DNA from: Carcharhinus longimanus
Lineage: Eukaryota
Assembly (NCBI GenBank): GCA_030264375.1
Contig: JASCQW010000137.1
Location: forward strand, 25,749,264 to 25,813,263
DNA length: 64,000 bases
Direction of reading: 5' to 3'
Under the pieces are notes generated by a model that saw only the letters and a program-made list of their open reading frames with translations, had not been told where the DNA came from and did no database searches. Position numbers and translations under genes: made by a program. Numbering within the stretch: position 1 is the stretch's first letter; every line of letters begins with the position of its first letter. Below, one piece after another: positions 38,021 to 50,570 of this stretch.

Positions 38021-39872
38021 TAAATTTCAAAATGTCAACTAACATTCAAACATATGGACTAGGAGCAGGAGTAGACCATTTGGTCCCTCGAGCCTGTTCC
38101 ACCTTTCAATAAGATCACAGTTGATTTGAATGTGGCCTCAAGTCCACATTTCACCTACCTAGATAGATCCTTGACTAATAAGGGAGTCAAAGGTTATCTA
38201 CCTCTGCCTTAAAAATATTTAATGACCCTGTCCATTACTTTCTGCGGAATAGAGTTCTGAAGATTCACAGCTAACAGGAAGTCATTGAACCAACTGCAGT
38301 CAATTCTGCAGCTAAAGTAATAAACAGCAACACTTGAGAATGGGAGAAGGGTTCCGACCTGTCCCAAATTTGTGTAAAACCAAGAACCAACCTCTTGAGA
38401 ATTCACGTACAAGAAGCCTCACAGCTTACAGTGAAACCTCTGCTTCACCTCAAGTAAAAGCGCCACTTAATCCAAGATTCTACAGGCCTACATGAAAGGA
38501 AGACTTGGACAATTACACAGTGTAATCGTTTTGTTACTTTTTCATCTGCATTTAGTCTGTGTGTGAACGATAGTGTGTGCGAACGATAGTGTGTGCGAAA
38601 CGAGTGAGTGAGATATCACATTGTTTAAACCTCCAGGGCAAGTCTGGGATAATAAATAGCTACTTTTTTTTAAAACTCATGGAAAACCTTGCTGTTGGAA
38701 TTGCTTAGATTGAAAAAGTACTTCTGAGGGAAGAAAATATACTCACCTCACATACAAAATCACATTGAAAACAGATAGAAAGAAAATCTGTGCATCATAC
38801 AACGTGTTCCTTGACTGAGGCGGTCTTTTACACCATTTAATCATTTTTATCTTTACTTTTAAACAGGTAGGTTAATGATACTTCCTCTCTGTGCTTAGGG
38901 TAATTATTTCCCCCTCCCTTTTCACTATTGTGGGTGTGTTAGAATAGATACTCATCTTTCATTCCTAACCATGAATAAGGCCCTCACTGCTGACTCACTG
39001 CAAATTCTAGCTGATCTGCTGTGTCTCTCCAGAATTTTCTGGTTTGTTTTGTTTAATTACAGGTCCCCAGTCCTTTTCTTGTAAACTCTTTTAAGACAAA
39101 ATTTTGCAGTAATAGGAAGATTCTCTTTTTCTTAAAATTTTGATGCCCAGTATCTTGGAGTTTTATGCTGTTATGTTACATCAATATAATCATTGCCCAT
39201 GTCAAGAGAATCTCTAAGGCACATTGGGAAAGTTTCTGAAGCATGTCTGAAGGGTGGAACCTGCATTCAGAATCATTTCTCTGGTATCTATGTGATTTGT
39301 GAAATTATGCCAACTTTGACCTCAGGTATAAATCTCAGATGTTTTAGTGCAATATTCAATTTACTGGTACATTGTGAATGATACACTTTCAATCAATTAT
39401 CATTACAGTTATGCACCAGAGAATAAAACCTAAAAGGTTTGTTTGTTTCACACTATCTTTACAATACAATTCCCTGATGTCTATCAAATCAGTACAACAA
39501 TGTTGTACTTCCCTGTGGTTTAAGGCTCTGGGTGTAATTTTCATCTTCACCGTTGGGCAATGATCTTGTTGCTGTCCAGCCCTGCCCCACACACATGCCA
39601 TCAGAGAGAAAATCTCTTCTCAGCACTTTTCCTGGACGGATACGGGTGTCTTAGCCACTAGGTGGAGAGGTGATGTAGGCTGCTGCTTGGGCTGGGTCGA
39701 ACCTCCCTTTCTTCTATCACATTCTCAGGTCACAATAATCCTCTCCACCTTGCAGCATTGTTCATGCTTCCCTTTCGCTGCTCTTGTTCTTCAGTAAGCA
39801 TTTTGTTTCCTCTTTTGGACCCAACTTTTGTCTCTGAACTGGTGACAGTAGCACCCCTTATTGCAGTCGGTG

Positions 39873-40762
39873 ATGGCTCAGATGATAGCGCCTTTCAGTC
39901 ACAAGGTTCTGGGTTCAAGTCCAATTTCAGGGCTTGTGCTCAGAATCGAGGCAGATGCTCCAGGTCTGCTGCATGGTTGGAGGTGCTGACTTTTGGATGC
40001 AACATTAAACTGAGGCCCCAACTGCGTGCTGGGGTGGAGATACAAGATCCTATGGCGCTGTTTTGAAAAACATCAGGGGAGTTATCTCTGGTGTCTAGGC
40101 CAATATTTAGGGGTGGCACAGTGGTTAGCACAGCTGCTTCACAGTTCGAGGGACCTGGGTTCGATTCCCGGCTTGGGTCACTGTCTGTGTGGAGTTAGCA
40201 CATTCTCCTTGTGTCTGTGTGGGTTTCCTCCAGGTGCTCCGATTTCGTCCCACAGTCCAAAGGTATGCAGGTTAGGTTGATTGGCCGNNNNNNNNNNNNN
40301 NNNNNNNNNNNNNNNNNNNNNNNNNNNNNNNNNNNNNNNNNNNNNNNNNNNNNNNNNNNNNNNNNNNNNNNNNNNNNNNNNNNNNNNAGGTTGATTGGCC
40401 GTGCTAAAATTGCCCCTTAGTGTCCTGAGATGCATAGGTTAGAGGGATTAGTGGGTAAATGTGTAGGGTTATGGGGGTAGGGCCTGGGTGGGATTGTTGT
40501 CGGTGCAGACTCAATGGGGCAAATAGCCTCTCTCTACACTATAGGGTTTCTATCCTATGATTCTATGATTTATCCCTCAACCGACATCACATAAAAGTAG
40601 ACTGCAAGTTCATTATCACATTGCTATTTGTGGGACTTTGCTGTGTGCAACTTGGCTGCCACATTTCTGACATTACAGATGGACTACAGTTCAAAGTTAC
40701 TTCATTGGTTGTAAAGAACTTTGAGATATCTTGAAGATGTGAAAGGTGCTATACAAATGAAG
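39873..40762 (+). mobile_element. Deu-domain SINE (SacSINE1/AmnSINE1-like) interrupted by a V-SINE
   Basis: ttaaactgaggcccc...agatcctatggc...ggtgtctaggccaatattta|tccctcaacc Deu-domain; tail gtgaaaggtgctatacaaatg. Confidence 0.75.
40110..40567 (+). mobile_element. HE1-type V-SINE nested in the Deu-domain SINE
   Basis: Canonical head and tail; attta duplicated at 40105-40109 and 40568-40572. Confidence 0.85.
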
Positions 40763-41177
40763 GATTTTCTTTTTTTTTCTGCTTCACCTTGCAACGTCAT
40801 CCCTTTTATCATTTAATTTCTCACCCTCCCCATTCAATCCACAGACACACTCAGGCTACAATCTCTCCCTTTTGGCCTTTCTCTACTTGCCTCTTCCCTG
40901 ACCCCTTTCTTTGTCAAGTAGAGAAGCACCCCGATTCCCAGCCAAAAGTGAGATAATGAGCTAATTCCCCTGTTAATCAGTGTCTGCATTGCTCTAAGAG
41001 GCAGGGATTTATTTAATGGATTATTTTGTGCCAACTGGGGAAGACTCTCCCAGAATAGGTATTTTTGTAATGAAATCTATTTGTTGCTTTCTGAAAAATT
41101 TGCTGTTTAACCGGAGGTCCTGCCCTTGTTGAATGCATTGGGTGTATCAAGACTGATCTTTCCGGAATTTTCTTCAG

Positions 41178-41484
41178 TTTAAAGTTGATTTGTTAATGTC
41201 ACGGTAGGTTTACATTAACACTGCAATGAAGTTACTGGGAAAAGCTCCTAGACGCCAAACTTCGGCACCTGTTTGGGTACACTGAGGTTGAATTTAGCAT
41301 AGCCAGTGCACCTAATCAGCACATCTTTCAGTCAGTGGGAGGAAACCAGACCACACAGAGGAAACTCACGCAGACATGGGGAGAATGTGCAGACTCCACA
41401 CAGATAGTGACCCAAGCCAGGAATCGAACCTGAGTTCCTAGCACTGTGAGGCTGCAGTGTTAAACACTGTGCTACACGGTGCCC
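41178..41484 (-). mobile_element. V-SINE, variant tail
   Basis: Reverse of the 7442-7733 type. Confidence 0.85.
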
Positions 41485-42313
41485 TGGCAATTGCAATGCT
41501 TGAAAATCTCAACTTGGTACTGGCAAATTCCATCTCTTTCTGACAAATGCTGTGTATGTGAAGGAGGGCTGGACCGTAGGAGTCATACTTTTCACTTCAT
41601 TCCTGAGGTGCATTCATTTTTAATCAAGAGTGCACCATGGTAACATAGGTCCCGTACAGCTTGCCAGGGAATGTATAAATACCCAAAGCTTAAAAGTGAA
41701 AAATCAAAGATAAAAGTGTTTTTTTTTCTCCCAGTGTATGATACAGTTTAAGTTCTTTTAAAAACAAAACTGAGTCAGTGATATTCATGAGACAATTTAT
41801 AGCTATCAGAGTCGGTGAGGCAGGTGTAGAGGATGGTGAGCGTCCATGTATTAAAATAGATGGGCACTAGAGACTTGAGGGTCCAATGTACGTCAGCCAA
41901 TGACAGTTTCAGCAAAAACTACAAGTCCCACATGAGAAGGAGAAGAAACAATTATCTTTTATAATTGTGTCAATACGAGGGCAAATAGTTCTTGGCGAAA
42001 GAGGAAAGAAGTTCTACTGTTGGACGTTCAAGTGCAAAGTGCAGAATTTGTTTTCAAAATTGCGCAAGCTTAATGGTGCTCGCTTTTTAATCATTTCTTG
42101 TCTCCAAAGCTTTCATGGGGCCGTTGGTCACTGCCTTGCTTTTTTCAAGCCTCCCTCAGTCCACGGCTGGGATTCTCTGGTCATTCACACCAACGGGATT
42201 CATTTGGTCCCACTGCAGTGAGCGGAGGTTTGGCTGAGCGCCACATTCTACATCTTCGCTGGCAGCGAACGGCTGGAGAATTCCAAGCCAGATCTCAATC
42301 CACCTGTCCGATT

Positions 42314-42578
42314 TTTATTTATTAGTGTCACAAGTAGGCTTACATTAACACTGCAATAAAGTTATTGTGAAAATTCCCTAGTCGCCATACTCTGGCACCT
42401 GCTTGGGTACACTCAGGGAGAATTTGGCCTGGCCAATGCACCTAACCAGCATGTCTTTCAGACTGTGGAAGGAAACCAGAGCATGGGGAGAACGCAGACA
42501 GTGACCCAAGTAGAGAATCGAACCTGGATCCCTGGCACTGTGAGGCAGCAGTGCTAACCACTGTGCTACAGTAGTGCC
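42314..42578 (-). mobile_element. V-SINE, variant tail
   Basis: Reverse of the 7442-7733 type. Confidence 0.85.
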
Positions 42579-42869
42579 CTCTTCTTTCTTTAATCTCAAT
42601 TTCTTCTTCAGTTGTTGCTGGATTGTAAAGATGCTCATTCATCAGTTTGGGGAAAACATAACTCGTTTGTTTAGAGGCTAAAATTATACAGAGGCTTGCT
42701 GCCTCATGACTGCGATCAGCTACTGAGATGACTCTCGAGTATAGAAGCCTGTGCTTATTAAGGTGACCTTCTACCCTGCTCCAGGATTGGTTCCTGGGTG
42801 ATATGACCTTTATTGTGCAGATTGATCCTCAAAGAGACAATCACCAGATGGGTAAAGGTTGAAGGGTTT

Positions 42870-43330
42870 ACGTTTCCAATGTCCGTACTTGGCTAACTTT
42901 CTCTTTCTAACTGTACGTAACAACCCTTTTGATTCCTGAATTCCTACACGATTTAACTCATTTATCTTTCTATCCGTCCTAACTGATTCTGAGCAATCTC
43001 CAGCATATTCACATTTCCAAAGCAATTATCCTCCTCACATCCTCTTTATTCAGCGTCCAGCTCTCACACCCACAGTGTAGCACTTCAAACTAATGATTAT
43101 GTTAGATTTTTTTTCTGTTTGAGTCACCAATCATGCTTCTTGCCATAGCTAATCCAACCTAAACTTCATTGTTCAACCATTGTGCCAAGATAGTTNNNNN
43201 NNNNNTTGAATTTATCACGGCTTCAACCTAGGTACTTTCAATTTATGCCTCGTTTATGTTCAGTCTCGTGCTCTTCCTTTGTTCTGGCTATGAATGTGCA
43301 TACCTGAGATTCCACATGCTACAACCTCCT
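42870..43330 (-). mobile_element. RTE-clade LINE fragment
   Basis: TDRKINELNRVGIQESKGLLRTVRKRKLAKYGHWKR resembles the RTE ORF C-terminal region. Confidence 0.65.
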
Positions 43331-43734
43331 ATGATACAGCCACATATCTCTGGTAACTTTCTGCATACATGCCCTCTTCTTTCTCTCTTTGAGTATTCTA
43401 AAGCTTATAAGTATATTCCATGGAGCACACCATTATTTAAGTGTAAATGCCACAGCAACTTCAGGCAATTACACGCAGAAATGGAAACACTGTGGTAGAA
43501 AAATGCTGCTCTACGGTGAGCTTCTCGAAAATGGCACCTTGCTTCTGACACACCATTCAAATACGCTGAATGACTGAAACTCCTGCACCTGTTCAAAGCC
43601 AAGTAAATTTGACATAAGTTAATTCAATTCACTTAGAGGCCAACAGCTCTCTTTAATGAGTGTTACTTGTCACCAGTCAATGTATCTGCCACCGCAGGTT
43701 AAAAAGTGTGGAGCTTCAGTCCTTCAATTTTAAC

Positions 43735-44235
43735 TGATATTACTAAACTAGAAAGAGTGCAGAAAAGATTTACTAGATGCTACCAGGACTTAATGGTTTG
43801 AGTTATAAGGAGAGGCTGGATANNNNNNNNNNNNNNNNNNNNNNGCCTAGGAGGCTTTGGGTGATCTTGTAGAGGTCTATAAAATAATGAGGGGCATAGA
43901 TAAGGTAGATAGTCAACAAATTTTCCTAAAGGTAGGGGAGTCTATATCTAGAGGGCATAGGTTTAAGGTGAGAGGGGAGAGTTATAAAAGGGTCCAGAGA
44001 GGCATTTTTTCACACAGAGGGTGGCGAGTGTCTGGAACAAGCTGCCAGAGGTAGTAGTAGAGGTGGGTTCAATTTTGTCTTTTAAAAAGCATTTAGACAG
44101 TTACATGGGTAAGATGTTATAGAGGGATATGGGTCAAATGCAGGCAATCGGGACTAACTTAGAGGTTTAAAAAAAAAGGCAGCATGGACATGTTGGGCCG
44201 CAGGGCCTGTTTCCATGCTGTAAATCTCTATGACT
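43735..44235 (+). mobile_element. CR1 LINE 3' fragment
   Basis: KLERVQKRFTR..GDLVEVYKIMRGIDKVD..SRGHRFKVRG; tail tctctatgactcta. Confidence 0.9.
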
Positions 44236-45287
44236 CTATAACTGTTGCTGGAGATTTTCTTCAAAACGTTCTTTCTGGCTCTTTCTCCTCTCTCACTGAA
44301 TCTATTTTTTCTTTCTTCCCTTTCCATATCTAGTACAATAATGAATTCACCCACTCTAATTTGCACTTCTTTCTCAGTCCTGGCTCTGTTAATCTGATTG
44401 GAATTGGGAGATACACTGTTCCCTCAGGTCCCAGCTACCCTTCAGAGGGAATTATGCCATTTTTATGGCAACTTAAGTCAAAATCTCACTGACATTAAAT
44501 GAGCAAGGGCAATGCCTAATTAATAACAAATTTTAGATCAAAGTTCTTCACGTTACAACAGGTTCGAAAGTGGAAGTCTGCAAAAGAAAACATTCATGAC
44601 CTTTTTACATTGTGGTGCAAGGGGCCATCAATGTGCGTTCCTTCAGATATTTTTATGTTCCAATCTCGTTTTACACTATGGTAACTTTTATTAAACCAGG
44701 ATAATTTAAAACTAAACATCCATGTGACATCTTATTTTAGTAAAGGCCACGCATGAAGGACATACTGAGGCTAAGTATTAAAATTTAAACAATAGGTAAA
44801 GTCTAAATTTTAATCACATTTCAGTGAGATTAAAATGTTCTGCAATGTATTTCCTTGGGCCAAATGCTGATTGTTGCTTATCAACCATGAACAGATAATC
44901 CATAAATGTCTAAATTAAAACTAAAATTAAGTTCTGAAATTAAAAAAAAACAGTAAATACTGTTGAAACAAAAAGCATGGTTGAATGTTCAGGTCACAAG
45001 CAAGCGCTCAGTGCAATATGCAGTGTTTGTTATTTGCTTCATATTAGGACTTACACTGTTTCTTGTCAGCCTTTATATTGACTGCCTTGTTCATATACAC
45101 TATTGCACAGCTTCCATACGCTACCTATACACTACATGTCACAAGTGTTGATTCTTTCTTGGCCCCTCTTCTGATAATGCAAGATCACACCACACAATCA
45201 CAGTCAGCATGGTGTTTTAGCCTTTGACAGTGTGCTTGCAGACAGGGTTGCATCACATCTGAAAAGGAAAGCCAAAAAATATATGCA

Positions 45288-45318
45288 CGTGTGTGTGTGT
45301 GTGTGTGCCTGTGTGTGT
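45288..45318. repeat. (GT)n microsatellite
   Basis: gtgtgtgtgtgtgtgtgtgcctgtgtgtg. Confidence 0.9.
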
Positions 45319-46224
45319 TTTGTAGATGTATATGTTCACTCAATTAAATCAACCACTCATGCCATCCATGAGTTATGTGTCCAATACTTTAAATCTCAAG
45401 TGGCTAATTTTACGTAAAGCACCGGTCCCTGATGTGTATCCCGTATTGATCTTGGAGGGGGCATGTATTGGAACTTTCTCGATTAAAAACGGTGGAAGCA
45501 CTGATGTATTTATAAACATCATCTTGAGTGAGTGAAGATGCATTTCTTCTGCCCTCTAGTGTTCTCATTGTTTACTAATTGGAAGGCTGATCCAGTTCTA
45601 CAGCAACAATGATAGAGCAAACGTAACAGACACCTGAAAATAATTCTTTTCATGTCATTACAAATGACCTAAGCCAGTCTGGAAAAAAATGTTGATTCAA
45701 TGTGGTAGAATCTTGCAGCAATAATGTTAAAGTTATAATAAATTCAGAGATTTTTGAAAATGTAAGATTCTGTTGTAATTAACTACAGGAGATCGAATGT
45801 ACACTGAGAGACATTCATGCAAGTGTCACCTAATAAGGGTTTGGTCCATCTCGTCTATTCTGCCAAATGACATATTTGTCTTCTGATCATGATGCTGGAA
45901 CTAACAGCTTTGTGTCCCCTTTTCCTAACATTAATTCATCCAGTCCTTTTCAAAAACGTGCCATGATTTCCTACGATAGCATCTCTTGTTAATTGGTTGC
46001 ACAATGTCCACATTCCCTCCATGTTCCCTACTTTCTTCTGAACCATTAACATGTCTGGTATCCTCAAATCAGAGATACTGGATAGGATTTTACAGCCTCG
46101 CTAATCTAGAAACCATAAAATCCCACCGAAGGTCAACTCCTGGTCTGCTCCTCACCCAGTAAAATTCCAGCCACTATTTCCCGTGGAGAGATATGTCAAG
46201 AGTTAATCTGGGGCCCCCTACATG

Positions 46225-46535
46225 GACGCCACGGTGATACAGTGGTTAGCACTGCTGCTTCGCAGCACCAGGGACCCAGATTCAATTCTGGCCTCGAGCG
46301 ACCGTGTGGAGTTTGCACGTTCTCTCCGTGTCTGCGTGGGTTTCCTCAGGGTGCATCAGTTTCCTTCCACAGTCCAAAGTTAGGTTGATTGGCCACGCTT
46401 AATTGTCCCTTCATGTCAGAGCAATTAGTAGGGTAAATAGGGGGGGGTGGGGTTACAGGGATAGGGACTGGGTGGGATTGTTGTCGATGCAGCTTGATGA
46501 GCTAAATGACCTCCTTCTGAATCGTAGGAATTTTA
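46225..46535 (+). mobile_element. HE1-type V-SINE
   Basis: Canonical head and decayed CR1-like tail. Confidence 0.8.
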
Positions 46536-47862
46536 TAATCTTGCTCTATGATAATCCCAAAAGCTACTTAATCCAGTGTCATGTCATAAGAACACACAAA
46601 TTAAGAGGAGTAGGCCACCCGGCCCCTCATGCCTGCTCTGCCATTCAATAAGATTATGGCTGGTCTGCTTGCAACTTGAACTCTACATTCGTGCCTGTCC
46701 CCAAAAACATTTCGCCCTCTTGTTAATCAAGAATCTATCTAGTTCTGACTTACAAAAATGTCAGCTTTTTGAGGTTTGCCATCCATTTACTTGCTACCCT
46801 TTCCGTCAGATAGGACCTTTAGGACCTGTCTCTGCAATGGGATTGGTTGAATTTGAATTTCGATGCGCTGCACACTCATTTTCCTTTAATATTTATATTC
46901 CACTGTTAAACTTTAGGGGCCTTTACTTCGCAATCTTATTCAGCCCTTGGGAAGTGAAACTGTCAGCTTCCAGTATGCAGAATCACCTGGACACTTTATG
47001 TGGCAGTATTCGTTAATGGGTTGGAGCAGTCAGCAAGGACAATGACATAACCGGTTGCACTTGTACTGTCGTGAGGACTGTTTGAAAATAATGAAATGTA
47101 ATTGGGAATAGGTGTTTGCTTGTGAATGTTTCCTTTGGGTGAGACATGGGATCAGAGAAGGGATCCTCTATATCCAAAGGGGCGAGTTGAAAAACCTGAA
47201 CTAATGATATTCAGATCAGAAGTGTGGTTAGGTCATAGATCGTCTTTGATGAAGAATCAGGTGGAAATGCAGAGGGAGCTGAAAAGCTCTTGTCCATTCA
47301 CTCTCCTACGCTTTCGGGATACTGAATTTCTGAAATCCCAGCAGAAATTTAAAGCATTTGAGGACGGTAGTCAGGAGCGGTTAGCAATTCTGACATACAT
47401 ACCAAACTCAAAGAAAATTTTGTGTGTTTGGGAAATAATGTAGACATCAGCCTCTGCTATTATTAGATAACATGGGGCTAGTGTCTGCTTTACTATGGTT
47501 CTGTCATATTCTACTTCATGAGATGCAAAGTTCTTTTACTGATTTTCAAAAACCTGTTCACATTTGAAAATGGAATGGAGTTGGAAAAAGAGGTTGTTTG
47601 TACATATTCATTAACATTAGGATCTTGGGGTAGGGGGCAAGGCGGTGACCACTAACTTTTAAAAAAGAAAATCAAACTCCCAGTTATTGACTGAAAGAAT
47701 TACGCAGAGTTCCATGCTTAAAACAAAAAGTTTTACTGCACAAGAATTAAACAAAGCAAGTACTTGTGACAACACAATATTTCATAAATACTTGAAGCCT
47801 GAAATTCTCAATTAGTCTCTGCCCTGTTGTACTTTTTTTTCATCTAAGAGTTCCCTTATATT

Positions 47863-48059
47863 TTCATAGTATCATAGAAGCCCTGCAGCATAGATGAAGG
47901 TCATTTGGTCCANNNNNNNNNNAACTGGAGCACCTGGAGGAAACCAATGCAGGAACAGGGAGAACGTGCAAACTCCACATACAGTCACCTGAGACCAGAA
48001 TTGAACCGGGCGCCCGGCGCTGTGAGGCAGCAGTGCTAAACATTGTGCCACCGTACCAC
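47863..48059 (-). mobile_element. HE1-type V-SINE (collapsed across a gap)
   Basis: Tail before the gap and head after it, both on the minus strand. Confidence 0.8.
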
Positions 48060-48284
48060 CTAGAACTTGGGGATTCCTTCTCTGAACCTTGGAGCAAAAT
48101 GTGCCACCACTGTCAGAGATTCACTTTAATTCTCCTCAGTGTTTCCGCTGTTCTCTCAGATATCAGATTTCTTGGAGTCCTTGCACTAGCATTCAGCTAG
48201 GTGATCATGTTACGAATATCTCAAGTGTTGGAGAGTGAATGGACAAGAACTCTAACTCCTGTCAGACATCAGAGTTTCCACATG

Positions 48285-48350
48285 TGCCCAGTCCAGCAGC
48301 AGGCTGCACATGCCCAGTCCAGCAGCAGGCTGCACATGCCCAGTCCAGCA
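48285..48350. repeat. 26-bp tandem repeat, ~2.5 copies
   Basis: tgcccagtccagcagcaggctgcaca repeated exactly. Confidence 0.9.
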
Positions 48351-49626
48351 TTTTTATGTTCTTTGAGCCCTATGCAAGAAGAAGCAAAGGCACAAAAACC
48401 TGGGTTGTGTGTCCTGGGAATAGAATGCCAAGGAAGGTGAATGTCCCAGTAAGGGTACAGGGCTAGAGGGCAGGGAGAGGTCCAGAAAGGAGGATTGCAG
48501 ATAGGGACAGGGACATGAGAGGTCCCAGTTAAGTTAAAAACAGGAAGAGGGCGTGGATAGCAGAGTTTAAGTGAAGACAACTCATGAGACATGCTCATGA
48601 GAGGGCTCAAGAGAAGGCCAGACAATTGAAAAAGGTTCGGGGAAAGCTGGAAGGCCAAGGAGACAGTAGAAGATTTCTGGCTCCATGCTGCAGGCTACTG
48701 GATCAAACGTATGCCTTTGGAGCAGGCCAAAGAGCAGGAATTGTGCTCATGAGCTGACGTTTGAGTTGATACATGGGAATCTCGGCGAATGGAATCCTGC
48801 GAGGAGGGCTGTCATTGACACTATCTGAGTTGCAGCGACATTTGGTAAGGATTTGAAAGTGGTGGCAGGACTCCCTTGTGAAAGGGATTAAGGGTAGAAT
48901 TCCCCCACCTTGAGACTTATCCTGTGGTGGAGGCGGGAGTGTAGAGTGCTGCCTCTTGGGACAGCCAACAGTAAAACCCGCCAATTCCTACAGTCCCAAA
49001 CTTCATTACTTATACAGCTTGATGTTTTACTCCATCTTCAATGTGGGGGCAGGTCTGGATGGCGTGTTGACTTTATCAAATCAGCATGGACTGCTTTCTC
49101 AAATTGTAATCACTTCAAGTCTGTTCACTGACATCTTAAGCGAAATGCTTTTATTCTCTTATTTTTCAAACGTCAATCCCCAAACTAAGGATTATATTCC
49201 TAAAACGTATGAATCATGAAATTGAACATTTTGACAGCATGAATTATACATTCTTCTTAAACCCTACAGGATGCATGTTATAGAATAAAATAATTGAAAT
49301 TACAATATGTATTTAAAGATGTGACTCAAATAGTAATGAATGTTGTGTATTTTTATATTTATTAATAAGCAAACTTGTTGCAATGTGGGCCGAGGAATTG
49401 CAAATCAAGCACAATCCTAATGTTGCCTCAGCCTCTCATCCTTGAGCCCGGCTCTTCACGGATGAACTTTATGGATCCAAATGGTTCATGACTGTCAAAA
49501 TTGGAGAATTCAATAAAATCTCCCTTCCCTACCTCTTCTCCAAAAACCAAAGGCCAAGAAATATAATCTTTCATCCTATCTCAGGCCTCAAGTTTAGAAA
49601 TCAACCTCTTCTCAACTCTCATTACG

Positions 49627-50570
49627 GACAGAATTTTACAAGAATGATTCTAAGTGTCCAGCTAGCGTGAAAGTGGGACACTTCCTGATCTATTTTTTGG
49701 GCAAGATCTCACTCCCAATCCTACGGATTTAGAAATTGAGAATATGGGCTGGATGGACCATTTCCAGCTGCTGCAGCCAGCCTGCAGGGGGAGCTACTAT
49801 GCATGTGCAGACCTATGATTCTGCACATGCCCAATAGCAACTGCAGGGACCTGACAGACAGAGCACCTGCTGCTGCAGACAGTCTGATCAAACTCCACCT
49901 TCCCAGGCATTATGGGAGCCCGTGACCAATCACGAGCCCCACACCACCCAAAACGCAGCCTCTGCTGCTCCCCCACCATCCAGACTGATCATGCCATCTA
50001 CCCCACAGAGTGGCAGCCACCCCCTTCACCCAAGACCAAACACAGAAAGAGTATGCAGCAGTCCCCCTTCCTCCCTGATCAGGCAGCCTCTTCAGGGCCC
50101 TCCCCATAAGCCCCATCCCCAGTAAGTTTGCCTTCCACTGGCCCCACCCCTCCATAGTCTCCATCCCCTGGCACTGCCCAGTGGATATTGCCAAGGTGCC
50201 AGACTGGCAGTGCCCAATTTTCACCCCCCTTGCCCTTGACCTCCCCAAGAGGCCATTTTTACCAGCGAGGCCAACATGACTGTTCCCCGTTGATGAGGAG
50301 CAGGTGTTTTCCTCGCCGGAGAGAACCTCCCCCGGCGAGGCCACAAAGGCAAGTCCATCCAGATGATTGAGTGATGGGCTCGCCCAAGACACGTAAATAA
50401 AGATTTAAATATATTAGCATCAGCTATTCAGCCTACTGCTCATTTCCCGTGAGCGGCTGACCTTGCCGGGATTCCAGCTCTCGTAAGATTGTGAGAGTTG
50501 AGAAATTGGGCGTGATCCTGGTTTCTCAGCTCTTGTGCGATTTTACCGGCTCGCTCTGCCCATCAGTGGC
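49627..50570. mobile_element. Harbinger-like non-autonomous element
   Basis: Starts ggacagaattttac; the interior resembles 54126-54890 (gcatg.gcaga, cactgccca, gtaagat). Confidence 0.45.
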
